Origin: a virus
Taxonomy: Duplodnaviria > Heunggongvirae > Uroviricota > Caudoviricetes
Strand: one strand, 5' to 3'
IMG/VR virus record: IMGVR_UViG_3300037258_000549
Span: 64,001 to 90,776 of that record
DNA: 26,776 nucleotides
The notes under the pieces are model-generated. The model saw only the letters and a program-made list of their open reading frames with translations, was not told the origin of the DNA and searched no databases. Shown here piece by piece: positions 15,497 to 24,311 of this stretch (its first letter is position 1; every line of letters starts with the position of its first letter). Made by a program: the position numbers and the translations under genes.

Positions 15497-18400
15497 GTGG
15501 TTACGACAGCGTACGACAGCCTCGTCATTGGCGAGGAAATCGAGGTCTGGGGGCCGCCCGGCGGGATCGCGTCGGTTAACCCGATGTGCCCCGGCGCCGT
15601 TTTCCGGGTGCAGCCGCCGTTCAGCCTGGACGCCCCGCAGCCCACCACCGACTTCGTCGCCACGCTGATCGTCGATGGCGAGAAGCCGTACGGTGACCGG
15701 GCCTCTGACCGGACCATCACCTTGAACGTGCTGATCGTGGCGCCGGACTACCGGACGCTGGCCGGGGCGCGGGAGCTGCTGCTGCAGACGATCGACCAGC
15801 CGCACTGGCCGCTGACCTGGACCCGGGCCTCGGGGGCGGACCCGGGATCGCTCCCGCTGGTGCTGGACTGCTTCCGCGCCCAGCCGTCGGTCATCCCGCT
15901 GGGCGGCCCGGAAGACTACCGGATTCAGGGGCGGCTGCAGGTTGAGGCGCAGGTCACCATCAAGTTTGAGGCACTCCCCTACGGGCGCAGCGACACCCAG
16001 CAGCAGGTCGCGTTCGCCGCCCCGATCGCCTCGCTGAACGCCCCCGCGCCGCCGCCGGCCCCGGTCGTGCTGGACGCCTTCTCGACGATCAACAGCCCGC
16101 AGTGCGTGCAGTCGGCGCTGTGCATCGTCGGCCCGAACACCTGTTACTGGGACCCGTTTTTTCCGCCGTTCAACCGCGATGACGGCCAGAACTGCCCGCT
16201 GACCTACAGTGCCATGCTGAGCAACCCAGTCAGCCTGACCGGGATGACCGGGCTGTCGATGTGGATGGGTCTCGGGTCCCGGTACTACTTCAACCACCAC
16301 CCGCACGGCCAGACCCGGCTGACGATCAGCTTCAGCCTGACGGACACTAACGGTTACACGCTGACCTGGACCGACCGCAACCGGTGGATGCCGGTATCAC
16401 CGGACCCGCAGAACCCGGTGTTCACCCGGGTGACCGTGCGCATCCCGCAAAACAGTAGCCAGTTCAATTACGGGTCGGTCGCCGGGTACTCGCTGACCAT
16501 CCTCAACCGGGCGCCGCGCTGGGACACCCCGGGCGGGGAGCTGCGCTGGACGGTCGCCTACCTGGATGCGCTCACCGCGTACCCGTCCTCGACGGTCATC
16601 GCCACCCCGTCGCCGCGGGGCAACGTCTACCTGCTGCAAGGGGTGGTCGGCACGCACCGGGCGCCGGTGTCGATGCAGTTCCAGGGGGCGCTGACGCCGG
16701 GGACGCCGACCACGGTGACCAGTGCCGGGCCGGGTACCTACACCGTCCCGTCTAACACCGTCTACCTGAAGGTGGAAGCGACCGGTGGTGGCGGCGCCGG
16801 GGCCACCCAGACGGTAGCCGGGGACGGCGGGGGCGGCGGCGGCGGCGAGTACGCGGCCGAGCCCATTTTCCCGGCCGCGGTCGGCGCGGTTATCCAGTAC
16901 GCCGTCGGGGCTGGTGACACCGCTGGAACGTCGGCTACCTTCGGGCGCACCACTACGTTCGGGCCGGCCCCGGGCGGAACCCTGGCCGTCACTGCCAACG
17001 GCGGGCAGTCAGCGGCGCAGAACTCGATTACCGGCGGGACCGGCGGGTCGGGGTCGGCGAACACGGTGCACTACTCCGGCGGCCCCGGGCGGACCGCGTC
17101 GGGGTCGGTCGGCGGCGGCGGCGGCAGCTCCGGCGGCAACGCCAGTGCCGGGCTGGCCCCGACCGGTACCGCGGCCACCGTGTTCACCTCGGCCGGGGCG
17201 AACACCTGGACCTGCCCGGCCGGGGTCACCCAGGTGTACGCCGAGTGCTGGGCCGGCGGCGGGTCCGGCGGTACCGGTTCCAGCTTTAACAACGGCGGCG
17301 GCGGTTCTGGCGGCGAGTACGCGGCGGCGAACGTCGGCGTTACGCCCGGCAATGTCTACAACTACACGGTCGGCGCGGGCGGCGCCACCGTTACCGGCAG
17401 CGGCCTGACCGGGAACAGCGGGTCCAACTCGGTTTTCACCGGGAATGCCGCTGCGGTTACCGCGCACGGCGGGCACCCTGGTACCGGTTCCAACAACAAT
17501 ACCGGCGCGGCTGGCGGGTCCGGCAGTACAAACACCGTGCACTACACCGGCGGAGTCGGCGGCGGCGGCAACCCGTACTCCGGCGGTGGCGGCTCCTCGG
17601 CCGGCCCGGCCGCTACCGGTAACCCGGGTAACGGCTACGGTAACGCGGGCACCGCCCCGAGCGGCGGCGGCTCCGGTGGTGCGGGAACCGGCAGTCACAG
17701 CGGGAACGGCACGGCCGGCTCAGCGCCGGGCGGCGGCGGCGGCGGTACCTATTACACCAGCACCACGTCCGGTGCGGGCGCGGCCGGGCAGGTCCGGCTG
17801 ACTTACCCGGGCGGCGCGCCGACCAACAACGGCGGCGTCGCGGTGACCGGCGGCGGCGCGGGCGGGGCAGGCGGCGGGTCTTCGAACACGGCCGGGTCGG
17901 CGGGCAGCGCGCCCGGTGGCGGCGGCGGCGGCGCGGACTCCTCCGGGTCTACTGAGGCGGGCGGCGCGGGCGGCACCGGCAAGCTGATCATCACCCCGTA
18001 CTCCACCGGCCAGTTCAAGACGCTGGTCGTGCACCGGCCCGGGAGGTGGTCGCCGACTCAGCTCAACCCGTTTGTCCCGGTCGGCGCCGGGCTGGTCGCC
18101 CCGGGAACCACTGAGTTTACTGTTCCGTCCCTCGTGTCTGGGGTAAATGCGCAGTTCAACGGAACTTATACGATCGTACTGACTAATTACAGTTTCAACA
18201 GCCCCAGCTCATCGCGGACGATTTCGGTGACCGTCAAGCAGTACGAGGCATCCGGCGGCGCGTCCTACTCCGTCACCACGACGCCGGTCACCATCATTCC
18301 GAACACGCAGGCTGTCAACGGAATTCTGGTTGTCGGCACGCTGACCCTGCCGCTGAAGGCGGTAGCCAGCGATAACACGCTCGGCTACTACACCGTGCTA

Positions 18401-18724
18401 GTCACCGACAGTAACGCCAGTGACCGCTGGTACGACTGCCTGTTCCTGGACGTCCAGGGGCAGACGGCGATCGTGAATGAGCCGTCCACCGGCTACTACA
18501 ACTACTACTTTGACCAGCCTGACCCGTGCCACGACTTGGGGCTCTACCTGGGCAGCCAGGTCGGCCGGCCGCAAGCTGTCTCGGTGATGGACGCGATGAC
18601 GGTCAGCGGCGGCCCGCTCACCGTCGAGCCCGGCCTTAACACTCTTCTAGCGTACGCGCAAGAGGGTGCACCTTCCATTTCGGTAACATATTTCCCAGCT
18701 TGGTACGCAGAAAGGCTAGAGTGA
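15497..18724 (+). CDS. Evolved distal-tail (Dit)-like protein with large glycine-rich insertion
   Basis: Directly after the TMP. N-terminus ...DRTITLNVLIVA... and C-terminus LTVEPGLNTLLAY...SVTYFPAWY are Dit-like. The centre has Gly-rich modules (TWTCPAGVTQVYAECWAGGG). Confidence 0.7.
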   Translation: MVTTAYDSLVIGEEIEVWGPPGGIASVNPMCPGAVFRVQPPFSLDAPQPTTDFVATLIVDGEKPYGDRASDRTITLNVLIVAPDYRTLAGARELLLQTIDQPHWPLTWTRASGADPGSLPLVLDCFRAQPSVIPLGGPEDYRIQGRLQVEAQVTIKFEALPYGRSDTQQQVAFAAPIASLNAPAPPPAPVVLDAFSTINSPQCVQSALCIVGPNTCYWDPFFPPFNRDDGQNCPLTYSAMLSNPVSLTGMTGLSMWMGLGSRYYFNHHPHGQTRLTISFSLTDTNGYTLTWTDRNRWMPVSPDPQNPVFTRVTVRIPQNSSQFNYGSVAGYSLTILNRAPRWDTPGGELRWTVAYLDALTAYPSSTVIATPSPRGNVYLLQGVVGTHRAPVSMQFQGALTPGTPTTVTSAGPGTYTVPSNTVYLKVEATGGGGAGATQTVAGDGGGGGGGEYAAEPIFPAAVGAVIQYAVGAGDTAGTSATFGRTTTFGPAPGGTLAVTANGGQSAAQNSITGGTGGSGSANTVHYSGGPGRTASGSVGGGGGSSGGNASAGLAPTGTAATVFTSAGANTWTCPAGVTQVYAECWAGGGSGGTGSSFNNGGGGSGGEYAAANVGVTPGNVYNYTVGAGGATVTGSGLTGNSGSNSVFTGNAAAVTAHGGHPGTGSNNNTGAAGGSGSTNTVHYTGGVGGGGNPYSGGGGSSAGPAATGNPGNGYGNAGTAPSGGGSGGAGTGSHSGNGTAGSAPGGGGGGTYYTSTTSGAGAAGQVRLTYPGGAPTNNGGVAVTGGGAGGAGGGSSNTAGSAGSAPGGGGGGADSSGSTEAGGAGGTGKLIITPYSTGQFKTLVVHRPGRWSPTQLNPFVPVGAGLVAPGTTEFTVPSLVSGVNAQFNGTYTIVLTNYSFNSPSSSRTISVTVKQYEASGGASYSVTTTPVTIIPNTQAVNGILVVGTLTLPLKAVASDNTLGYYTVLVTDSNASDRWYDCLFLDVQGQTAIVNEPSTGYYNYYFDQPDPCHDLGLYLGSQVGRPQAVSVMDAMTVSGGPLTVEPGLNTLLAYAQEGAPSISVTYFPAWYAERLE

Positions 18725-18735
18725 TGAGAAGTTCT

Positions 18736-19266
18736 TCACTCTGCGTAAAACCCCGTACGCCTGATAACTCGCAGGATCGTCGGGTGCGTAGTTCCGTACG
18801 CTTTAGCCAGCTGACGGAGCGATTCGCCAGGATACCGGGCGCGGATCTCGTCAGATTGCTCAGGGGTAAAACAAGGTACACCACTAGTTCCACCATCGCG
18901 GCCTCGATCTTGATTATTCTCTCGGCGAGTGCCGTAACAGAGATTCCAAAGTGCCGATTCGGCCTTCCCCGCGGGGCCATGCCGAACCTCCTGGCCTTTA
19001 GGGCATGGTCCAGCGAACGCTTCCATTACCAATTTGTAAACTTTCTTAGGCCTCGTTACACCGTCCTTGCTAAGGCTTGCTTGGGGGTAACCATGGTTAC
19101 CTGGTGTGATCACTTGCTGGAGGATGCGCCCCTGGTATACACGAGGTCCGGTCGACGTCTCTACAATCCGGGTCAGGCTGCGTACCCGGCCGAGATCCGA
19201 CACTTCGTACAGGCCCTCGAAGTCTTTGACGGGCAGCCAGCGCTCGGTATGATCGTTGGTAGCCAC
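18736..19266 (-). CDS. NUMOD4-HNH homing endonuclease inserted antisense in the tail operon
   Basis: ERWLPVKDFEGLYEVSDLGRVRS, LVMEAFAG...VRH...NLCYGTRRENNQD and an HTH-like tail. Probable GTG start at 19266 after GAGGGAG; alternative start at 19338. Confidence 0.88.
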   Translation of the reverse strand: MATNDHTERWLPVKDFEGLYEVSDLGRVRSLTRIVETSTGPRVYQGRILQQVITPGNHGYPQASLSKDGVTRPKKVYKLVMEAFAGPCPKGQEVRHGPAGKAESALWNLCYGTRRENNQDRGRDGGTSGVPCFTPEQSDEIRARYPGESLRQLAKAYGTTHPTILRVIRRTGFYAE

Positions 19267-19274
19267 GGGGATCT

Positions 19275-19345
19275 CCCTCAAGGTCGTCGGGTTAGGCCCG
19301 ATCACTGCCCTCAAGGTCGTCGGGTTAGGCCCGGTCACTGCCCTC
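19275..19345. repeat. 33-bp tandem duplication upstream of the HNH gene
   Basis: CCCTCAAGGTCGTCGGGTTAGGCCCG(A/G)TCACTG at 19275 and 19308, plus a partial third copy. Confidence 0.95.
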
Positions 19346-19385
19346 GATGGCGTGACCGGGCTGGTCTTACCCTAGCGGGTGCGCC

Positions 19386-19721
19386 ATGACGGCCCCGCGG
19401 CTAGACCTGGGTGCCGATCACTGGCTTGAGTACGTTAGCTGGGCGCCGGACCGGGCACTCAACCCGCAGTACGCGGGCTTGCCGGACGTTGAACGGTGGG
19501 GCGCGGTCGTTGGCCACCCGCTCCGGCCGGGTGATGAGCAGTGTGCCTGGCGCGGCGCGTGCACCGGCAGTATCACCTTTGACGGGCTGGCCCAGCGGCA
19601 ACTGAGTGACGGGCCGTTCTGGACGGTTGAGGCGTGGGAGCCGTTGACGCTCTCCCCGTCATTGCTCTGTCATTGCCAGGATCACGGCTTCATCCGCTCC
19701 GGGCAGTGGGTGAACAGCTGA
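19386..19721 (+). CDS. Cys/His protein resembling DUF6527
   Basis: C-terminal WEPLTLSPSLLCHCQDHGFIRSGQW; stop overlaps the next start (TGATG). Family assignment is from memory of the motif. Confidence 0.5.
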   Translation: MTAPRLDLGADHWLEYVSWAPDRALNPQYAGLPDVERWGAVVGHPLRPGDEQCAWRGACTGSITFDGLAQRQLSDGPFWTVEAWEPLTLSPSLLCHCQDHGFIRSGQWVNS

Positions 19722-20860
19722 TGGCGTTGCTGCATAACTCCGCGCAGATCGTCTCATGGACACCGTCGATGACTGACCCGCGCTGGCTCGGTCAGATTGG
19801 CCACGTGAACGGGCTGAAGTACTCCTGGACGCTGCCGGGCGGCCCGGACCAGCTGACCTGCAACCTGATGGTGTCGGCCAGCACCCGGACCCCGGCGATC
19901 GACCCGGGGCGGATCGTCCAGCTGTACCAGGGCGCCGGGGTTATCTGGGAGGGCGTGCTGAGCGAGCCCGCGCCGACCGATACGGCTGGCTGGACGCTGA
20001 CCGCGGTCGGGGCGGGCAATTACGGCACCAATTTCGCCGCGACCTACCCCGGTACCTGGCCGACCGGGCTGCCGGATAGCGCGATTAATGCCGCCATCAC
20101 GCGGGGCCTGCGCTGGGTTAACCCGGGTGTCGGCACCCCGACGGGCATCTGGCTCGGCCAGGAAGTTGACTCCGGGGCGCAGACCGTCACCGACTTGCTG
20201 AACCTGAACTGCACCTACGGCGGGCTGACCTGGTCGGTGACCGTCACCCCGGCGGGCAACATCTTGTCGGTGTTCACGCTGCCCACCACGGTGAACCGGC
20301 TGCTGCTAGTGCGCCAGCCGGCCCCGCGCACGCTGGGCGGGGACATCAACGTCGTCTGGCTGCGGTACGAGTCGACGGCAGACGACGCCACCAGCGGGGC
20401 TGCCGCGGTGTACTCGACGACCTCGGCCACGGTGCCCGCCTCGATCGCGCTGCACGGCGAGCGGGAAGCCTACCTGGACCTGTCCAGTGCCGGGGTGATG
20501 ACGACCGCCGCGGCCCAGGCGGTCGGCAACGCGCTGCTGCAGCGCTACCAGCGGGCCAGCTTCGCCGGGCCGTTCGCCGCCGGGCCGGGGGACCTGATGA
20601 CTACCGGCGGGCAGCCGACGGACCTGGGCCACAACCACGTCGGCGCGGTCGCCCAGCTGGTGCTGACGGACTACGCCTACGGCGGTGAGGTGGTACTCGG
20701 GCCGGTTACCTTCCTGATCGGCTCCTACGCCTACGACGACGACACGCAAACCGCGACCGTGACCCCGTTTCAGTACCTGGACACCAGCTTCAGCAGCCTG
20801 CTGTCGGTGGCGTCCACCATGCTGCCGCAGCCCGCAGCGGTCGCGGCCCCCACTTCGTAA
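19721..20860 (+). CDS. Baseplate hub / Tal-like minor tail protein
   Basis: ATG 19721 coupled to the upstream stop. LKYSWTLPGGPDQLTC...GRIVQLY.G...WEG motif and position after Dit. Confidence 0.65.
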   Translation: MALLHNSAQIVSWTPSMTDPRWLGQIGHVNGLKYSWTLPGGPDQLTCNLMVSASTRTPAIDPGRIVQLYQGAGVIWEGVLSEPAPTDTAGWTLTAVGAGNYGTNFAATYPGTWPTGLPDSAINAAITRGLRWVNPGVGTPTGIWLGQEVDSGAQTVTDLLNLNCTYGGLTWSVTVTPAGNILSVFTLPTTVNRLLLVRQPAPRTLGGDINVVWLRYESTADDATSGAAAVYSTTSATVPASIALHGEREAYLDLSSAGVMTTAAAQAVGNALLQRYQRASFAGPFAAGPGDLMTTGGQPTDLGHNHVGAVAQLVLTDYAYGGEVVLGPVTFLIGSYAYDDDTQTATVTPFQYLDTSFSSLLSVASTMLPQPAAVAAPTS

Positions 20861-20885
20861 AAACGACAGCGAAGGAGATAAGGCA

Positions 20886-21665
20886 ATGCGCTGGTTCAGC
20901 ACCCTGACGGCGGCGCTGCTGGCGGAGGCGGCCGGGCACTTCCTGTCGCTCGGCTGGGGCTTCCTGACGCTCATCCTGGCGTTCGTGGTGGTCGCCGTCC
21001 GGATGAGCACTCTGGTAGCGGCGACCAACTCGAAGGCGTACGCCACCGAGGCGCGGCTCAACGCGCACGTGACCGCGACGGCTCCGGCGGTCAACTTCGT
21101 GGCGAACGGCGGCACCGTCGGCGGCACCGTGTTCGTATCCGGCGATCATCACGTCACCGGGAACTCGGCGGTCAGCGGTACCCAGACGATCACCGGGCAG
21201 CTCAACGGGTCCACCATCTCGATTTCCGCCGGGATGACCGACTACGGGCACACCACGCACGGCAGCCTCAGCGTTGACAGCAACGTGACGGTCGGCGGCA
21301 CTCACACGGTCACCGGGCAGATCAACGGGTCCACCGTGTCGATTTCCGCCGGGATGACTGACTACGGGCACACCACGCACGGCAACGCCAGCATCGACAG
21401 CGACCTGGCGGTCAGCGGGACGCTCAACGGCGGCGGCGGCAGCACGGTGGAATCAACCGGGATTCACTCCTCCGGCACCATCCTGGCCGACGGCCAGATC
21501 AACGCGACCGGCAACATGAGCGCAGGCAACTTCGGCGGGCCGTACCAGGGCGGTCAGGGGGCGGTTACCGTTCCTAGCTTGACTAGTCCTAGTACGAACG
21601 AGGTACAGCTTTTCAACGGAGTCAACGGGTGCATTTCCCGGCTGAACTCGTCGGGCCTCATCTAG
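20886..21665 (+). CDS. Hydrophobic N-terminus plus beta-helix-like spike/fibre protein
   Basis: Strong SD (GAAGGAG). Hydrophobic N-terminal segment, V-x-G-rich repeats, a 40-aa duplication at 21186 and 21306, and C-terminal CISRLNSSGLI resembling fibre trimerisation ends. Confidence 0.6.
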   Translation: MRWFSTLTAALLAEAAGHFLSLGWGFLTLILAFVVVAVRMSTLVAATNSKAYATEARLNAHVTATAPAVNFVANGGTVGGTVFVSGDHHVTGNSAVSGTQTITGQLNGSTISISAGMTDYGHTTHGSLSVDSNVTVGGTHTVTGQINGSTVSISAGMTDYGHTTHGNASIDSDLAVSGTLNGGGGSTVESTGIHSSGTILADGQINATGNMSAGNFGGPYQGGQGAVTVPSLTSPSTNEVQLFNGVNGCISRLNSSGLI

Positions 21666-21686
21666 TAAAGGAGGAATGAGACAATA

Positions 21687-22235
21687 ATGTCTAATCTCAA
21701 ATGGTCTCAGGGTGGAAGTTTCAGTATCACTATTGATGATACAGAGTACCCAGTTGGCAGCGTTCAGATACTCGACATCGTTACGAGTACTGGTAATACT
21801 CAGATGGTCCTTTCTACGGCCTACCCTAACCCGGGGGTTCTATGGGAAGAGGACCCGCCAATCATCGGTTTCGACGCGCTCACCGAAGCCGACGCTTACG
21901 GTACCGCTACTACGTTGCAGTCAGTCGTCAACGCTTTCGATGGGGTAACCGGTTCAACGCTCACGCCGTTCAGTGTTTCCGGAGGAGATAATTTTTCCTT
22001 GCTTTTCGACTCCGCTGAGTGGGCGAACTTCACGTTCAATATCGCCTTGCCAACCGCAGACGAAGTTACCAACGCCGACTCGGCGCAGCTTATGACGGCG
22101 TCTCCCGCTGATGGCGTACTCAGCTCAGCGGATATCGCCGCGGTTAATGCCGCTCTGGTGACTTACATAGAGGGCCTCGATACGGTAACAGCCTGCACGG
22201 TTACCCAGCTAACTGTCACCCCGAGCACACTCTAG
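21687..22235 (+). CDS. Acidic beta-rich hypothetical protein (possible tail-tip/accessory protein)
   Basis: SD AAGGAGG upstream; 182 aa, D/E/T/S-rich, visibly lower GC than neighbours. Confidence 0.65.
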   Translation: MSNLKWSQGGSFSITIDDTEYPVGSVQILDIVTSTGNTQMVLSTAYPNPGVLWEEDPPIIGFDALTEADAYGTATTLQSVVNAFDGVTGSTLTPFSVSGGDNFSLLFDSAEWANFTFNIALPTADEVTNADSAQLMTASPADGVLSSADIAAVNAALVTYIEGLDTVTACTVTQLTVTPSTL

Positions 22236-22251
22236 AAGGAGGGGAGTAACA

Positions 22252-22440
22252 ATGTTCAACCTGACGGGCATCGGCATGGCTTCGGGGGACGCGGACGCCA
22301 TCTTGTCCGCACTGGCCGACGCGAACGCACTTAGCTCTTATTACAACACCGGCCTGCCGCCGGGCACCTACCCGCAGCCAGGGTCCGCGTACGTGTACGG
22401 GGCTAGCCAGCGGATCGTGCTCGGCCCGCGGCCGGTATAG
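22252..22440 (+). CDS. Small hypothetical protein
   Basis: 62 aa with strong SD GAAGGAGGGG; fills the gap between genes. Confidence 0.65.
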   Translation: MFNLTGIGMASGDADAILSALADANALSSYYNTGLPPGTYPQPGSAYVYGASQRIVLGPRPV

Positions 22441-22453
22441 CAAGAGGTAGCCG

Positions 22454-23113
22454 GTGGACGGGCTGACCACCTTCTTCGACGTACTGACCGCGGTGGTCAG
22501 CGTCGGCGTGCTCACCGTTGCTTACTTTTCCTACCGCTTTACTCATGACACCAAGATCCGGGAAACCGACATCGTGCAGGCCCGGAAGACCGCCGAGGAC
22601 GCTGCCGCCGAGGCCATCCAGCCGCTGGTCTTGCGGCTAGCTGCGCTGGAGGTGTCATTGAAGGAGCTGCACGACTTCGCGGACCGGGCCGGTACCCAGG
22701 GGTCAACCGGGCTGGGCGCGCTGGCCGGGCGGGTCGCCGTGCTGGAGGCAGGTGAGAAAACTGACATCCGGGAGCTGCACGAGGCGCTGGCCCGGGTCGA
22801 CAGCCAAGGCTCAGCCGGACTCGGTGTGGTCGCCGTCCGGGTCTCCGTCTTGGAATCCAAGATGGAGGTGTTCTGGCGGAATGTGGCTTACGACGTGAGC
22901 AAGATCCTGCACAGCCCGCATTCGGGCTGGGAAAGCCTGGACGCGCTGCTGGAGAAATTCCGGGCGAATGCTATTAACCACGATGAAATGACCGAGCTGG
23001 AGGAATTGCTACGCAGCATCGTAGACGGCCGGTGGACGGCCGGCAATATTTCACGCGGGGATCAGGTGGCCGCATCCCTGATGCTGCACGCGATCGAGCA
23101 GACAAGAGTATAA
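22454..23113 (+). CDS. N-terminally membrane-anchored coiled-coil protein (lysis-cassette region)
   Basis: Hydrophobic FFDVLTAVVSVGVLTVAYF; internal repeat GSTGLGALAGRVAVLE / GSAGLGVVAVRVSVLE; SD GAGG. Confidence 0.7.
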   Translation: MDGLTTFFDVLTAVVSVGVLTVAYFSYRFTHDTKIRETDIVQARKTAEDAAAEAIQPLVLRLAALEVSLKELHDFADRAGTQGSTGLGALAGRVAVLEAGEKTDIRELHEALARVDSQGSAGLGVVAVRVSVLESKMEVFWRNVAYDVSKILHSPHSGWESLDALLEKFRANAINHDEMTELEELLRSIVDGRWTAGNISRGDQVAASLMLHAIEQTRV

Positions 23114-23117
23114 GGCC

Positions 23118-23474
23118 ATGACGGAGATAACCCCGCAAAGCAGCCTGCAGCAGACGGTCGATGAGATTACCGGCTACTCGCGGCGTACCCGCAAGCTTAT
23201 CTGGGGGTTGGTCATTTCCATCGCCCTGGATATCGCGCTGACCGTCGTGCTCGGCTTTACCGCTTTCCAGGCGCACGACGCGACGCATAACACCCAGGTC
23301 ACGGTGGACCAGGCGCTGACGGCGAACAACGCGCGGTGGTGCTCAACGATGAAGCTGCTGACCGCCACGCCGGTGCCGTACCCGGCGAACGCCGCCGCTA
23401 ACCCGTCCCGGGTAGCCACCTACCAGCTGTACGAAGACTTCGTAGCCCTGAAGAAGGAGTTCGGCTGTGGCTGA
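23118..23474 (+). CDS. Single-TM membrane protein, paralog 1
   Basis: LQQTVDEITGYSRRTRKLIWGL...LDIALTVVLGFT; two C-terminal Cys. Confidence 0.75.
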   Translation: MTEITPQSSLQQTVDEITGYSRRTRKLIWGLVISIALDIALTVVLGFTAFQAHDATHNTQVTVDQALTANNARWCSTMKLLTATPVPYPANAAANPSRVATYQLYEDFVALKKEFGCG

Positions 23475-23883
23475 GGTCCACCCGACGCCGCACAACGCCT
23501 TGCAGCGGACCGTCGATGAAATCACCGGGTACTCACGACGCACCCGCCGGCTTATCTGGGGGCTGATCGCCACCACGGTGCTGGACATCGCGCTGACTGT
23601 CGTGCTCGGTTTCACCGTGTCCCAGGCGAATAATGCCTCAACCGCTAACACCCAGCTGGTCAAGGCGCTGCACACCGCGCAGCTGACCGTCTGCGCGAAC
23701 GGCAACACCTTCCGGGCGAACCAGACCACCATCTGGCAGGACTTCGTCAAGATTATCACCAAGCCGGCCGCAGGCGAGCCCGCCGCGCAGATAGCCAAGG
23801 CGAACACGCTGGCCGCGGAGTTCCTGGCGTACGTGGCCACGGTGAACCACCCGGTGAACTGCACGGCACTGTACGGTAAGTGA
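23467..23883 (+). CDS. Single-TM membrane protein, paralog 2
   Basis: LQRTVDEITGYSRRTRRLIWGL...LDIALTVVLGFT; two C-terminal Cys. Confidence 0.75.
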   Translation: MAEVHPTPHNALQRTVDEITGYSRRTRRLIWGLIATTVLDIALTVVLGFTVSQANNASTANTQLVKALHTAQLTVCANGNTFRANQTTIWQDFVKIITKPAAGEPAAQIAKANTLAAEFLAYVATVNHPVNCTALYGK

Positions 23884-24311
23884 GAGGGCAGGGATCAATC
23901 GTGGACGTCCCGCGGGCGCTCAACCCGGTCACCAACCCGGCCGGCTACCTGGCAGCAGCGGGGGCGGTCGCTGCCGCGGTCACCATGCTGGTTAATGCCG
24001 TAAACAATCACGGCCTGATCGACCCGACGGTGATCGTTGCCGCGGTCGGCGCCGTCGGGGCGCTGCTCACCCGGCAGGCGGTGACCCCGGTAGCCGACCC
24101 GAAAAACAGTGCCGGCGTACCGCTGGTCCCGTCCGTGGCACCCGGCCCGCCGAGCGCGGTAATGCCTGCTGAGCCCGTGAGGCCGCCGTCCTGGCCGTCT
24201 TCCGTTCAACTGGTGCTGCCGGAGAAAACGGAGAAAACGGCTGGCCCGGCCACCGTCCCGGTTACCACCCTCCCGCCGCCGCCGGTACCACCGGAGGTGC
24301 CCGCGCCGTGA
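23880..24311 (+). CDS. Holin-like protein with Pro-rich tail
   Basis: Two hydrophobic segments followed by TRQAVTPV, an R-x2-VTP motif common in actinophage holins. The start may be the GTG at 23901. Confidence 0.6.
   Translation: MRGQGSIVDVPRALNPVTNPAGYLAAAGAVAAAVTMLVNAVNNHGLIDPTVIVAAVGAVGALLTRQAVTPVADPKNSAGVPLVPSVAPGPPSAVMPAEPVRPPSWPSSVQLVLPEKTEKTAGPATVPVTTLPPPPVPPEVPAP

Noticed and set aside
18700-19389. 229-aa + strand ORF
   Set aside because: Antisense to the NUMOD4-HNH gene and overlaps the Dit-like stop; no motifs.
19634-19720. Upstream extension of the hub-like ORF
   Set aside because: Overlaps the 19386-19721 gene; ATG 19721 has the usual TGATG coupling.
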